From an uncultured Bacillales bacterium (GTDB taxonomy: Bacteria > Bacillota_I > Bacilli_A > RF39 > UBA660), in NCBI GenBank assembly GCA_947648915.1, contig CANSPQ010000005.1, forward strand, positions 1 to 63,249: DNA of 63,249 nucleotides, written 5' to 3'. Under the pieces are notes generated by a model, which made no database searches, had not been told where the DNA came from, and saw nothing but the letters and a program-made list of their open reading frames with translations. Positions within the stretch are counted from its first letter, which is position 1, and every line of letters starts with the position of its first letter. Positions 17,035-27,800 of the stretch are shown piece after piece. The position numbers and the translations under genes are program-made.

Positions 17035-20000
17035 ATGAAAAAGACAATTACCGTGGATGGAAACGAGGCATGTAGTAGAACAGCTTATTATTTCACAGAA
17101 TTATCGGGAATTTATCCGATTACACCATCTAGTCCTATGGCAGAACATATGGATGAATGGAGTCATCAAGGGGTAAAAAATTTATTTGGCGACACTGTAA
17201 AGGTAGTAGAAATGCAAAGTGAAGCGGGAGCTGCTGGCATGATTCATGGTGCCCTACAAGCAGGAACACTCGCGACGACTTTTACAGCGAGTCAAGGACT
17301 TTTATTGATGATTCCGAATATGTATAAAATGGCAGGAGAAATGTTACCATGTGTCATGCATGTTGCTGCGCGCTCATTATCCACCCATGCACTTAGTATA
17401 TTTGGAGACCATCAGGATATTTATGCGGTGAGAGCAACCGATTTTGCAATGCTTGCTTCTTCCAATGTCCAAGATGCGAGTTATTTGTCAGCAGTTGCGC
17501 ATCTTTCTGCGATTGAAGCAAGTATGCCCTTTCTACATTTCTTTGATGGCTTCAGGACTAGTCATGAAATCCAAAAAATTGAAGTGTTAGAACGTGAAGA
17601 CTATGCACCACTACTCAACCAAGATGCTTTATCGCAATTTCGAAAAAAGGCATTACAACCCAGTCATCCTGTTACTCGAGGAACCAATCAAAATGATGAC
17701 ATCTATTTTCAAATGATGGAAGCAAGAAATACAAATTATAATCAATTGCCAGATATGGTTGCTTCTTATATGGAAAAAATCAATGCACTAGCAGGTACTC
17801 ATTATGCTCCTTTCAACTATTATGGAAGTGAACATGCCAAAAAAGTAATTGTTGCGATGGGTTCTGTTTGCGATACGATAAAAGAAACAATCGATCAAAT
17901 GAATGAAGAAGTAGGTATGGTAGAAGTCCATTTGTACCGACCTTTTAGTGCAGAATATTTAAAGAAAGTATTACCGAAAACCGTAGAAGTAATTGCCGTA
18001 CTAGATCGTACCAAAGAAGCTGGTAGCAATGGGGAGCCTTTATATTTAGATGTTTTTAGTGTACTAGGAAAAGAATTTACTGTAGTAGGTGGAAGGTATG
18101 GTCTTTCTAGTAAAAATACAACACCAGATCAAATTAGAGCAGTTTATAAAATGTTAGATCATCCAAGACATAATTTTACAATTGGAATTGAGGATGATGT
18201 AACGAATCTTAGTTTAAAAGTGGATGAAGTTAGGATAGAAGATCCTAATTCTTATCTCATCTATGGATATGGTAGCGACGGTATGGTGAGTGCCGGAAAA
18301 TCACTCATTCAAATGATGGGTGAATGTACAGAACAGTATGTACAAGGCTATTTTGAATATGATTCCAAAAAATCAGGTGGTGTAACCGTTGGACATCTTC
18401 GTTTTTCAAATGAAAAAATTCGGAAACCTTACTATGTAGAAAATCCTAGGGTAGTGGTTGTTACAAAAGATAGCTATTTAACAGAATTTGAATTATTTGA
18501 TTCAATTCAAGAAAATGGAATTTGTCTCATTCAGACGAGTTTAACAGGATCAGATCTTATGAAACGTATCTCACCATATAATTTAAAATGCTTGCAAGAA
18601 AAACATGTTCAAATATATGTGGTTGATGCTTCTAAAATCGCAAGAACCTATGGTTTAAACAATAAGATTAGTATGATTATGGAAATGGCGATTGTTTCTG
18701 TTTCTCATATGATAAATATGGATATTGCAAAAAAATTTATGCAGAACTATATCACACATAAATTTGCCAAAAAAGGGGATGCCATTGTCAAAGCCAATTT
18801 GGATGCAATTGAAGCAGTAGAGGGTGCAATTTCACAAATGGAAATAACAGAGTTTGTAGATGGGAAACCTTATATTTCCTCTAATATTTATGACATGATG
18901 CAAAAAAGAAAAGGGAATCAATTAAAAGTATCGGCTTTTTTAAAAAATATAGATGGTACGTTTACGAGAGAGACAGCTGGAAATGAACGTGGTATTAGTG
19001 AATTTGTACCAAAGTGGTTGAACCATAACTGTATTCAGTGTAACCAATGTTCTTTTGTCTGCCCTCATGGCGTTATTCGCCCTTTTCTACTGAGTGAAGA
19101 AGAATACCAAAAAGCACCAGATATTGTAAAATCCAAATGCGTAAAACCAATCAATCCGAAACTCAGTGAATATTATTACGTAATTACCATCGCAATTAAA
19201 AATTGTACAGGTTGTGGAGTTTGTTTGAATACATGTCCGGGTCTTAAGCAAGAAAAGGCGCTTATTATGGATACATTAGAGAAGCAAACACTTAGCCAAG
19301 AACAAGAAATATTTGATTATGTGAGTACCCATGTTACCAATAAAAAAGTGCTGCCAGATACAACTGTGATTGGAAGTCAATTGGAACAACCAAAATTTGC
19401 TTTTCATGGAGCGTGTGCAGGTTGTGGAGAAACGGCTTATATCAAATTATTAACCCAACTTTTTCCAAATAACCTTATGATTGCGAATGCAACAGGTTGT
19501 TCTTCTATATATGGTGGAAGTGTTCCATCTTTCCCTTATGATGTACCTTGGGCAAGTTCTTTATTTGAGGACAATGCAGAATATGGATATGGAATGTTAA
19601 TGGGAAATCAAGTCATTCACCATCATATGATAGCGCTAATTGAACAAAACAAGGAACATGAGTTGTATCCAATTTTAAAAGAATGGATTGCATGTATGGA
19701 TAATTATGATGCTTGTAAGACCATTATGGAAAAATTAGATGGAAAAGAATTGCCTGAAACATTAAAACCTTATCAAGAATATTTTCTTCCCAAAACAATT
19801 TGGACAATTGGTGGCGATGGTTGGGCTTATGACATTGGTTTTGGTGGCATTGATCATGTACTTTCCACCAATGATGATGTTAATATTTTGGTATTGGATA
19901 GTCAGGTCTATTCCAATACAGGCGGACAATCTTCTAAAGCGAGTCCTAAGGGTGCGATTGCTTCTTTCGCAACCAGTGGTAAGGAAACAGCAAAAAAGGA

Positions 20001-20442
20001 TTTGGCACGTATGTTACTTGCTTATCCACATGTTTATGTTGCAACTATCTCTTTAGGTGCGAATATGGCACATGTCATTAAGATACTAAAAGAAGCAGCG
20101 GCTTATAAAGGACCATCGATTGTAATTGCTTATACACCTTGTATCTCTCATGGTATTGAAGGTGGAATGGAAAATAGTGTTTCTATGGAGCGGCTTGCTA
20201 CAGAATGTGGATATATGCCTATTTTCCACTACCATCCCGAAACAAAGAAATTTTACTTAGATAGCAAAGAACCTAATTTTGATTTATACGAGGAATTTTT
20301 GCAGAAGCAAACTCGGTATAAGATGTTAGAAAAAGTAAATGCCAAAGAGGCAAAACAATTGTTAGCTGAAAATAAAGAACAGGCGATGGAACGATATCAA
20401 TATTATAAAATGTTGAGCGAACAAAATGGAGGTATGTTATGA
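17035..20442 (+). CDS. nifJ: pyruvate:ferredoxin/flavodoxin oxidoreductase
   Basis: YPITPSS, MQSEAGAAG, CIQCNQC, GACAGCGE, GGDGWAYDIG. Confidence 0.95.
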   Translation: MKKTITVDGNEACSRTAYYFTELSGIYPITPSSPMAEHMDEWSHQGVKNLFGDTVKVVEMQSEAGAAGMIHGALQAGTLATTFTASQGLLLMIPNMYKMAGEMLPCVMHVAARSLSTHALSIFGDHQDIYAVRATDFAMLASSNVQDASYLSAVAHLSAIEASMPFLHFFDGFRTSHEIQKIEVLEREDYAPLLNQDALSQFRKKALQPSHPVTRGTNQNDDIYFQMMEARNTNYNQLPDMVASYMEKINALAGTHYAPFNYYGSEHAKKVIVAMGSVCDTIKETIDQMNEEVGMVEVHLYRPFSAEYLKKVLPKTVEVIAVLDRTKEAGSNGEPLYLDVFSVLGKEFTVVGGRYGLSSKNTTPDQIRAVYKMLDHPRHNFTIGIEDDVTNLSLKVDEVRIEDPNSYLIYGYGSDGMVSAGKSLIQMMGECTEQYVQGYFEYDSKKSGGVTVGHLRFSNEKIRKPYYVENPRVVVVTKDSYLTEFELFDSIQENGICLIQTSLTGSDLMKRISPYNLKCLQEKHVQIYVVDASKIARTYGLNNKISMIMEMAIVSVSHMINMDIAKKFMQNYITHKFAKKGDAIVKANLDAIEAVEGAISQMEITEFVDGKPYISSNIYDMMQKRKGNQLKVSAFLKNIDGTFTRETAGNERGISEFVPKWLNHNCIQCNQCSFVCPHGVIRPFLLSEEEYQKAPDIVKSKCVKPINPKLSEYYYVITIAIKNCTGCGVCLNTCPGLKQEKALIMDTLEKQTLSQEQEIFDYVSTHVTNKKVLPDTTVIGSQLEQPKFAFHGACAGCGETAYIKLLTQLFPNNLMIANATGCSSIYGGSVPSFPYDVPWASSLFEDNAEYGYGMLMGNQVIHHHMIALIEQNKEHELYPILKEWIACMDNYDACKTIMEKLDGKELPETLKPYQEYFLPKTIWTIGGDGWAYDIGFGGIDHVLSTNDDVNILVLDSQVYSNTGGQSSKASPKGAIASFATSGKETAKKDLARMLLAYPHVYVATISLGANMAHVIKILKEAAAYKGPSIVIAYTPCISHGIEGGMENSVSMERLATECGYMPIFHYHPETKKFYLDSKEPNFDLYEEFLQKQTRYKMLEKVNAKEAKQLLAENKEQAMERYQYYKMLSEQNGGML

Positions 20443-21374
20443 AAGAACGATTGATTATCACTTCTGGTAAAAAGTATATTGATATAGATGCCTATGCTGG
20501 AATATTTGCCTATAAAAAATTATTGCAGAGTTTAGGTTATGATGCCTATGCATATAATGTAGCTCCAGAAAATGAAAGTGTTTGCCCAATGATTAAGGAC
20601 ATGCATTTTAGATTTGATGATATTGCAATTTTACCAACTGATCAATTTATTGTACTAGATGTATCCAATCCTGATTTTTTTAGTGAAGGTGTTTTAATGG
20701 AAAACGTGGTAGAAATCATTGATCATCATACGGGGTTTGAAGACTATTGGCGCCAGAAACAAGCAAATAGCCAAATCGAATTTATTGGTTCTATTTGTAC
20801 AATTATTTACGAACGATATACTGAGCTTCATAAAGAAGCATTACTAGATACGAATCTTTGTAAATTGCTGATTGCAGGAATTTTAGACAATACATTAAAT
20901 TTAAAAAATAGTATTACAACTGAACGTGATATCAAAGCATACCAAGATTTAAAAAGAATTGGGAATATAGAAGACGCCTTTCGAAATGAATACTTTGAAT
21001 CCTGTTATCAAAATGTGGATAGTTGTTTAAAGGAAATGATTGCAAATGATATTAAAATTGAATTTGTAAGTAATTTGTTACCAGAGGTATTTGGACAATT
21101 GATTGTACTTGACGCTAATATTGTTTTAAATCAATTGGAAATCGTAAATTCTGCTTTTGATACGTACAGTGAATGGATGTTAAATGTGATGTCATTAAAT
21201 GATGGAAAAAGTTATTTGATATTTCATTCAGATATTGTGAAAGAAAAACTAGAAACTTTATTTGAGAAAAAAGCAGAAGATAATTATTTGGTTTTAGATG
21301 ATTTTTTACTGAGAAAACAAATTATGAAATTAGCAAGAGAAAAAGAAAATGAAATAAAATTATTCAAAATGTAA
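20439..21374 (+). CDS. DHH-family phosphoesterase (PpaC-like)
   Basis: DIDA, IIDHH, GSICT, GILDNTLN. Confidence 0.75.
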   Translation: MKERLIITSGKKYIDIDAYAGIFAYKKLLQSLGYDAYAYNVAPENESVCPMIKDMHFRFDDIAILPTDQFIVLDVSNPDFFSEGVLMENVVEIIDHHTGFEDYWRQKQANSQIEFIGSICTIIYERYTELHKEALLDTNLCKLLIAGILDNTLNLKNSITTERDIKAYQDLKRIGNIEDAFRNEYFESCYQNVDSCLKEMIANDIKIEFVSNLLPEVFGQLIVLDANIVLNQLEIVNSAFDTYSEWMLNVMSLNDGKSYLIFHSDIVKEKLETLFEKKAEDNYLVLDDFLLRKQIMKLAREKENEIKLFKM

Positions 21375-21535
21375 AATGAAGTTGATTCATTTTGTAAAAT
21401 ACAATATATTTTAAATATTATAATGAATTTCATTTATTCGTTTATCGAAACATGAAAAGTTTGATGTCAAGTTGTGTCAAATTTAAAAAATAGAGAGAAA
21501 TAGCTATATTTCTTTTTATTTTCATATGATATACT

Positions 21536-21684
21536 GTGATTGTAGGTTAGGTAATAAAAATGTTTCTTTATGGTATGAGAACAGGCATGAAAGAAAAAAA
21601 GGGGAAACTGTCTTCCGAAAAACAGTTTGATAAATGTGAAAAGCCTAACCAATCATTAATAGCACCATAAAGGTGTTATTTTTT
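21536..21684 (+). promoter_or_regulatory. structured leader / putative attenuator with uORF upstream of the GNAT gene
   Basis: extended -10 TGATATACT, uORF 21560-21670, terminator TAGCACC-ATAAA-GGTGTTA-T6, competing CTTTATGGT segment. Confidence 0.55.
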
Positions 21685-21696
21685 GGAGGAATTGAT

Positions 21697-22167
21697 ATGA
21701 AGAAAGCAGAAATTGTCATTCAAAATTTGGCAGATGTTCCAGAATGGATAGAAGAAGTGAGCCAATGTCAATATACAGAATGGGGAATTGCAGAAGGAGA
21801 CACATTAGAAGGTGTCATTTATCGTACAAAACATGCAATGTCTAAAACCGATATCGCGCAAACATTCGTTGCTATCTATCAAAATAAATTGATAGGAACA
21901 GTTGCTTTATGGCGAAATGATTTATGCGCAAGACAAGATTTATATCCATGGATGGCTTGTCTGTATGTCAAGGAAGAATATCGTCACTTTGGAGTTGGAA
22001 CGCTATTACAAAATAAAACAATGGAAGTTGCCAAACAACTTGGATATTCGCATATTTATTTGATAACGCAACATGATAATCTATATGAAAAAAATGGTTG
22101 GATATTTGTAGAAGAAGCACCTCATGGGGATGGAACAATGACAAAAATATATGAACATTTATTATAA
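21697..22167 (+). CDS. GNAT family N-acetyltransferase
   Basis: PWMACLYVKEEYRHFGVG, LYEKNGW; GGAGGA RBS before ATG 21697. Confidence 0.9.
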   Translation: MKKAEIVIQNLADVPEWIEEVSQCQYTEWGIAEGDTLEGVIYRTKHAMSKTDIAQTFVAIYQNKLIGTVALWRNDLCARQDLYPWMACLYVKEEYRHFGVGTLLQNKTMEVAKQLGYSHIYLITQHDNLYEKNGWIFVEEAPHGDGTMTKIYEHLL

Positions 22168-22169
22168 AA

Positions 22170-22267
22170 CAAAAAGAAACTGTCCCCCTGAGAACAGTTT
22201 CATAAAAGAATAAAAAGGGGTTGGCTAGTGTGATACTAGCACCAATCCGGTTTTCCGAATTGGTGCT
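22170..22267 (-). ncRNA. putative ~100-nt sRNA
   Basis: minus-strand TTGACA-17-TAGTAT promoter (22272-22300), 5' hairpin AGCACCAAT/ATTGGTGCT, terminator GAAACTGT...ACAGTTTC-T5. Confidence 0.55.
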
Positions 22268-22370
22268 TTCTATACTAACTTAAAAAGTTTGAAATGTCAA
22301 GTTTTTTTTTCTTGAAATCAGAAAAAGTGATTTGATACGGTTTTAAAATAGGGTATAATAAATTTAGGAT

Positions 22371-23546
22371 GTGATACAATTGAAAAGTTTAAGTCATTAT
22401 TTTCCTGAGTTTGGAACAGGTTGTGTTGCAAAGGTTGCTCGAGTGCAAAATGATGCTATCGTGATAGATACTTTGGTAGAGGGATATGCACAAGTAAAAC
22501 CTTATCCAATTGAAATGGAAGAAGATTGTTTATTTGATATTGCCTCTTTAACCAAGACATTCACTGCTATTTTGGTACATAAAGCGGTAGAAAGAAACCT
22601 ACTTTCTTTAAACGATACGATTGCCACTGTTGATGACCGGTTTTCCCATTTAAAAAATGTAACCATATCCGATTTATTAATGCATGCAACAGATATTTGG
22701 ACAGATGGATACCTTGGAGATGCAAAGAGCAAAGAAGAATTTTATCATATATTATTTTCCTCTTATGTAAAGGACAATTCTCGTAGGTATGTAGATGTTC
22801 ATTATATGATACTTGCTACGATATTGGAAAAAATATATGGAATTTCTTATCGGGAAATTGTAACGCGTGATATTATCGAACCACTAAAGTTAACCCATAC
22901 CAAGTTTGAAGTGGGGAATCAAGACAAACTCGTATCTTGCAATTATCAGATGGTGGATGGAAAAGAAGTAACTGAAATTGTAAATGTGCCACATGATACC
23001 AAAGCTAGGATTGCTTCTAAATATGCCTTTACAACAGGGCATGCAGGTATTTTTACCACTGCCTCAGACTTTATGAAAATACTCATTAGTTTGATGGATC
23101 AAAAAGAAATTTTATTGAAACAAGAAACGATTGATAGAATGTTATCTCATGAAGATTATGGAGTTTATTTGAATGCATGTATTTTAAATTATGCCAAAGA
23201 ACATGGGATTCCAATGATTCGTACCAGTGATGTCCAATTATTATTGAAACATTTACTTTCTCATATACAAAATCCGAACGATTTTTTAGATAAAATCGTG
23301 AAACCATATAACTATGCAGGTATGCGTTACCAAAATCCATATAAAGAGATTGTAACAATTCCATTTGATACGAGTGAGCATACTGTAATATTTAGTGGCT
23401 ATACAGGTCCTATTTATCTCATGGATTTAGAAAAACAAATTATTATATTAGTTATGACGAATGTCTGTCATGTATCTACAAAAGATAGAAAAGAGAGGCT
23501 GCGCGCTATTCTACATATGGTAGAAGAATTATATGAGGAAATGTAA
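22371..23546 (+). CDS. serine hydrolase, beta-lactamase class C-like
   Basis: FDIASLTK (SxxK), HAGIFTTA, SGYTG. Confidence 0.85.
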   Translation: MIQLKSLSHYFPEFGTGCVAKVARVQNDAIVIDTLVEGYAQVKPYPIEMEEDCLFDIASLTKTFTAILVHKAVERNLLSLNDTIATVDDRFSHLKNVTISDLLMHATDIWTDGYLGDAKSKEEFYHILFSSYVKDNSRRYVDVHYMILATILEKIYGISYREIVTRDIIEPLKLTHTKFEVGNQDKLVSCNYQMVDGKEVTEIVNVPHDTKARIASKYAFTTGHAGIFTTASDFMKILISLMDQKEILLKQETIDRMLSHEDYGVYLNACILNYAKEHGIPMIRTSDVQLLLKHLLSHIQNPNDFLDKIVKPYNYAGMRYQNPYKEIVTIPFDTSEHTVIFSGYTGPIYLMDLEKQIIILVMTNVCHVSTKDRKERLRAILHMVEELYEEM

Positions 23547-23691
23547 TAGAAACCGTTTTCTTTTTTTGCATATAATGTATAGACTACTTTATTTCATCCG
23601 AAAAGATAAAAAAATGGTTTTCTTTTTTTCTAAAGTGTGTTAAAATGAACTATAGAATGAAAACATAGGAAAACTAGAGGAGGAATACAAA

Positions 23692-24102
23692 GTGGGAATA
23701 CTAAAAAAATGGTTAAGTGGCGATGATGATGTTTTCGCCAATGATATATCTGGTGATGAATATTACGATTTAAAACCAGAAGAGGCACTACAAGAAAATG
23801 ATGGCCAAAGTAAAATGATTTTGCTAGAACCACGTGCTTATTCAGAATCCCAACAAATTGCAGATCATTTAAAAATGAGAAATACAGTTGTTGTTAACTT
23901 AAAAAGAGTTACATCAGACCAAGCAAAGAGAATTGTCGATTTCTTAGCAGGTACAATTTATGCGATTGGCGGGGATTTACAAAAAATTGGTGGTGGTATT
24001 TTCTTATGTACTCCAAATAATATCAATGTACAAGGAAAGATTACAGAGGAGACAGAAGGAAAAGATATCCACGACAATGACGATATTAATATTGAGTGGT
24101 AA
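23692..24102 (+). CDS. sepF: cell division protein SepF
   Basis: [26 protein letters not shown]. Confidence 0.9.
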   Translation: MGILKKWLSGDDDVFANDISGDEYYDLKPEEALQENDGQSKMILLEPRAYSESQQIADHLKMRNTVVVNLKRVTSDQAKRIVDFLAGTIYAIGGDLQKIGGGIFLCTPNNINVQGKITEETEGKDIHDNDDINIEW

Positions 24103-24162
24103 AAAGCTTGAAATAGAAAAAATTGTGTGCTACAATATGGCGTAGTGCCAAGAGGTGATGGG

Positions 24163-24663
24163 ATGGAAAAATTTACAAGAACACTTCGTGGCTATGACCC
24201 TGATGAAGTCAATGCTTTCTTAGATAAAATTATTGGTCAAGTAGAAGGCATGGTATCTGAAATCAAAGAAAAAGATAAAAAAATTGCAGAACAAAATCAA
24301 AAACTTGTTCAGCAAAATAAAAGAATTTCAGAACTTCAGGGCTTAGAAGAGGAAAATAAAAACTTAAAACAAAAGGCAGAACAATTTGGACGGATGGAAG
24401 CAACAATGAGTAAGGCAATTGTAATGGCACAAAAAACATCTGAACAACTTCGTGTTTCCGCGCAAAGAGAAAGTGATGCTATGGTAGATGAGGCAAAGAA
24501 AAATGCCAACCGTATCATTAATGAAGCATTACTCAAAGCAGAAAAAACCGAAAGAGAAGCCAATACGTTAAGAAGAAATATCAATATCTTCAAGCGTAGA
24601 GTCAAAGATATTGTAGAAGCACAATTAGAAGTAGTCAATGAATTAGATGAAGTAGAATTATAA
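24163..24663 (+). CDS. divIVA: DivIVA
   Basis: FTRTLRGYDPDEVNAFLD plus coiled coil; located between sepF and ileS. Confidence 0.9.
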   Translation: MEKFTRTLRGYDPDEVNAFLDKIIGQVEGMVSEIKEKDKKIAEQNQKLVQQNKRISELQGLEEENKNLKQKAEQFGRMEATMSKAIVMAQKTSEQLRVSAQRESDAMVDEAKKNANRIINEALLKAEKTEREANTLRRNINIFKRRVKDIVEAQLEVVNELDEVEL

Positions 24664-24664
24664 A

Positions 24665-24880
24665 ACAGATGACAGAGACGGTAATCAATAGGAAGTTTAG
24701 AGAGTTCGTGGTTGGTGCAAACGAAACAAGACTATGATTATAGATCACTCTCGATGTGTTTTTCTGAACATTAGGAAAAACCGAATTACTTACGTTACAA
24801 GTATTGAGTGTATGATTGGTTCATAAATTAAGGTGGTACCACGGATTTAAATTCGCCCTTAAGTTATGGACTTTTTATTT
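24665..24880 (+). ncRNA. T-box riboswitch (Ile)
   Basis: AGAGA and GGTGCAA loop motifs, specifier ATC (24744-24746), T-box AAGGTGGTACCACGG. Confidence 0.9.
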
Positions 24881-24897
24881 TGAAATGGAGGATTATT

Positions 24898-27800
24898 ATG
24901 AAGCAATTTAAAGAATTAGACAAACGACCAGTGAGTCAAGTAGAAAGTGCTATTTTGGAGTCTTGGGGTAGTATGAACAAAATGCATGATGCGCAAGTGA
25001 AAAAAAATGAAAACCATGAGACTTTTGTTTTTTATGATGGACCAGCTTTCGCAAACGGTTTTCCAGGATTACATCATATGGTAGCCAAAAATCTAAAGGA
25101 TTGTATTACCAAATATCATGTGATGAATGGAAAAAAAGTCATTCGTAAAATTGGATGGGATACCCATGGGTTACCAATTGAAAACCACGTAGAAAAGAAA
25201 CTAGGAATTTCTTCCAAAAAGGAGATTGAAACCTTAGGAATTGAAAAATTCAATCAAGAATGTCGTCATAGTGTAAGGGAAAATGAAGATGCATTTACAA
25301 GATTAACTGCGAAAATGGGACAATTTTTTGATGTTGAAAATCCTTATTTAACTTATAAGAATGAATATATTGAAACCGAGTGGTGGATATTAAAGCAGAT
25401 GTTTGAACAAAATAAGTTTTATGAAGGAACGAGAGTAGTACCATATTGTCCACATTGTGGTACTGGTTTAGCAACTCATGAAGTTGCTCAAAATTATCAA
25501 ACCGATACAGCGATTACGGTATATGTGCCATTTAAGAAGAAAGACGAAGATGTCTATTTCTTGGTATGGACAACAACTCCTTGGACCTTAATTGCCAATG
25601 TTGCTTTGTGTGTCAATCCAGAAGAAACATATGTATTAGTAGAATCGAAAGGAACTAAATTTGTTTTAGCACAAGCCTTAGTGGAAAAGGTATTTGGCGA
25701 AGAAGTAACTGTGTTAGAAACTTATTTAGGAAAAGAATTAGAATATCAAGAATATGAACAGTTAATTCCTTCTTTATCAGTCGATAAGAAAGCATTCTAT
25801 GTCACTTGTGATTCCTATGTAACCATGGAAGATGGAACGGGTACTGTTCATATCGCACCAGCGTTCGGTGAGGATGATGCCAATGTTGGAAAAAAATACG
25901 ATTTACCATATTTGAATCCAGTTGGAAAAGATGGATGTTACACAGAAGGTTTATGGACTGGAAAATTTGTCCACGATGTCAATGAAGAAGTAGTCGATTA
26001 TTTAAAGGAAAATGGGAAATTATTTAAGAAACAAAAATTAGCGCATGAATATCCACATTGTTGGCGTTGTGATACTCCGCTTTTATATTATTCAATGCCA
26101 AGTTATTATATTAGGGTAAGTGAAATGACAGATCAATTAGTGGAAGCCAATTCTAAAGTCAATTGGTATCCTGCCTATGTTGGTGAGAAACGTTTTGCCA
26201 ATTGGCTAGCCAATGCCCGTGATTGGAATGTATCCCGTAGTCGTTATTGGGGAAGTCCAATTCCTTACTTTAAGTGTGAATGTGGGCATGCGCATATGGT
26301 AGGGTCAATTGCGGAATTAAAAGAGTTAGCAGTTGAAGAAATTGGTGAAGATTTTGATTTACATAAACCATACATTGATAACATTCACTTGACATGTCCA
26401 GATTGTGGTGGACAAATGACACGTATTCCAGATGTCTTAGATTGTTGGTTTGATTCTGGAGCAATGCCGTTTGCGCAATATCATTATCCATTTGAAAATA
26501 AAGAATTATGGGAATCACAATTTCCAGCGGATTTCATTTGTGAAGGAATTGATCAAACAAGAGGTTGGTTCTATACATTAATGGTCATTTCTACTTTTGT
26601 AAAGGGATGTTCTCCATTTAAAAATGTATTAGTCAATGATTTGTTGTTGGATGCAGAAGGAAAGAAAATGTCCAAATCTCGTGGTAATATTGTAGAGCCA
26701 TTTACAACGATTGATGAATATGGCGCAGATACGGTAAGATTTTATTTACCATATGTATCACCTGTATGGACTCCATTAAAATTTGATATTGAAGGATTAA
26801 AAGAAGTATATTCCAAATTCTTCAATCCACTCAAAAATACGTATAGTTTCTTTGCTATGTATGCAAATATCGATGAAATTGATACAGAAGTATGTAATAT
26901 TCCATATGAAGATAGAGAAGAAATTGATAAGTGGTTATTATCCAAATACAATCGTTTGGTTCAAAATGTGCGAGAAGCTTTTGATGAATATGATTTGAAT
27001 AAAGTAGTTCATTATTTATCTACCTTTGTTTCAGAAGAACTATCGAACTGGTATATTAGAAGAAACAGAAATCGTTTTTGGGGGAGTGAACTGAATAATT
27101 CGAAAAAATCAGTTTATATGACAACTTATGAAGTACTGGTTGGGTTATCCAAATTGATGGCTCCTGTTACGCCTTTCTTGGCTGAAGAATTATATCGTAA
27201 TTTAACCGGTTTGGAATCTGTTCACTTGGAAGAATATCCAGAAGTAAACTATGATGTAATCAATGAGCAGATTGAAACGAAAATGGATCTAGTAAGAAAT
27301 CTTATTTCGATTGGTCGTTATGTGAGAGAAGAAACAAAAATTAAAGTACGTCAACCCCTTGCAGAAGCACTACTTGATGGAAAAAACAAAGCGTTAATTG
27401 CGGACTTAGTTCCTTTGATTGAAGAAGAGTTAAATATTAAGAAAATTATCTTTACGGATAATTTAAATGATTATATGAATCTTTCTGTTAAACCAAATTT
27501 TAAAGTAGTAGGAAAAGTATTTGGACCTTTGATGAAAGAGTTTCAAACAAAATTGGAAATGTTATCTACTAGTGAAGTAACAGAATTACAAAATGGAAAT
27601 GCAATTATGATGAATATTGGTGAGGAATCAAAAGAAATCACACCAGATATGGTTGAAATTCGCATTGCTTCTAAAGAAGGTTTCGATGTAGGTATGGAAA
27701 ACAACCAGTTTATTATTCTAGATACAACTTTAACCGATGAATTGCTTGCAGAAGGAATTGCGCGTGAAATTGTCTCAAAAGTTCAAAATTTAAGAAAACA

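Noticed and set aside
21590-21630. AAAGGGGAAA...CCGAA resembling a lysine riboswitch
   Set aside because: Missing the AGAGGTGC 5' motif and the other helices; the downstream gene does not fit.
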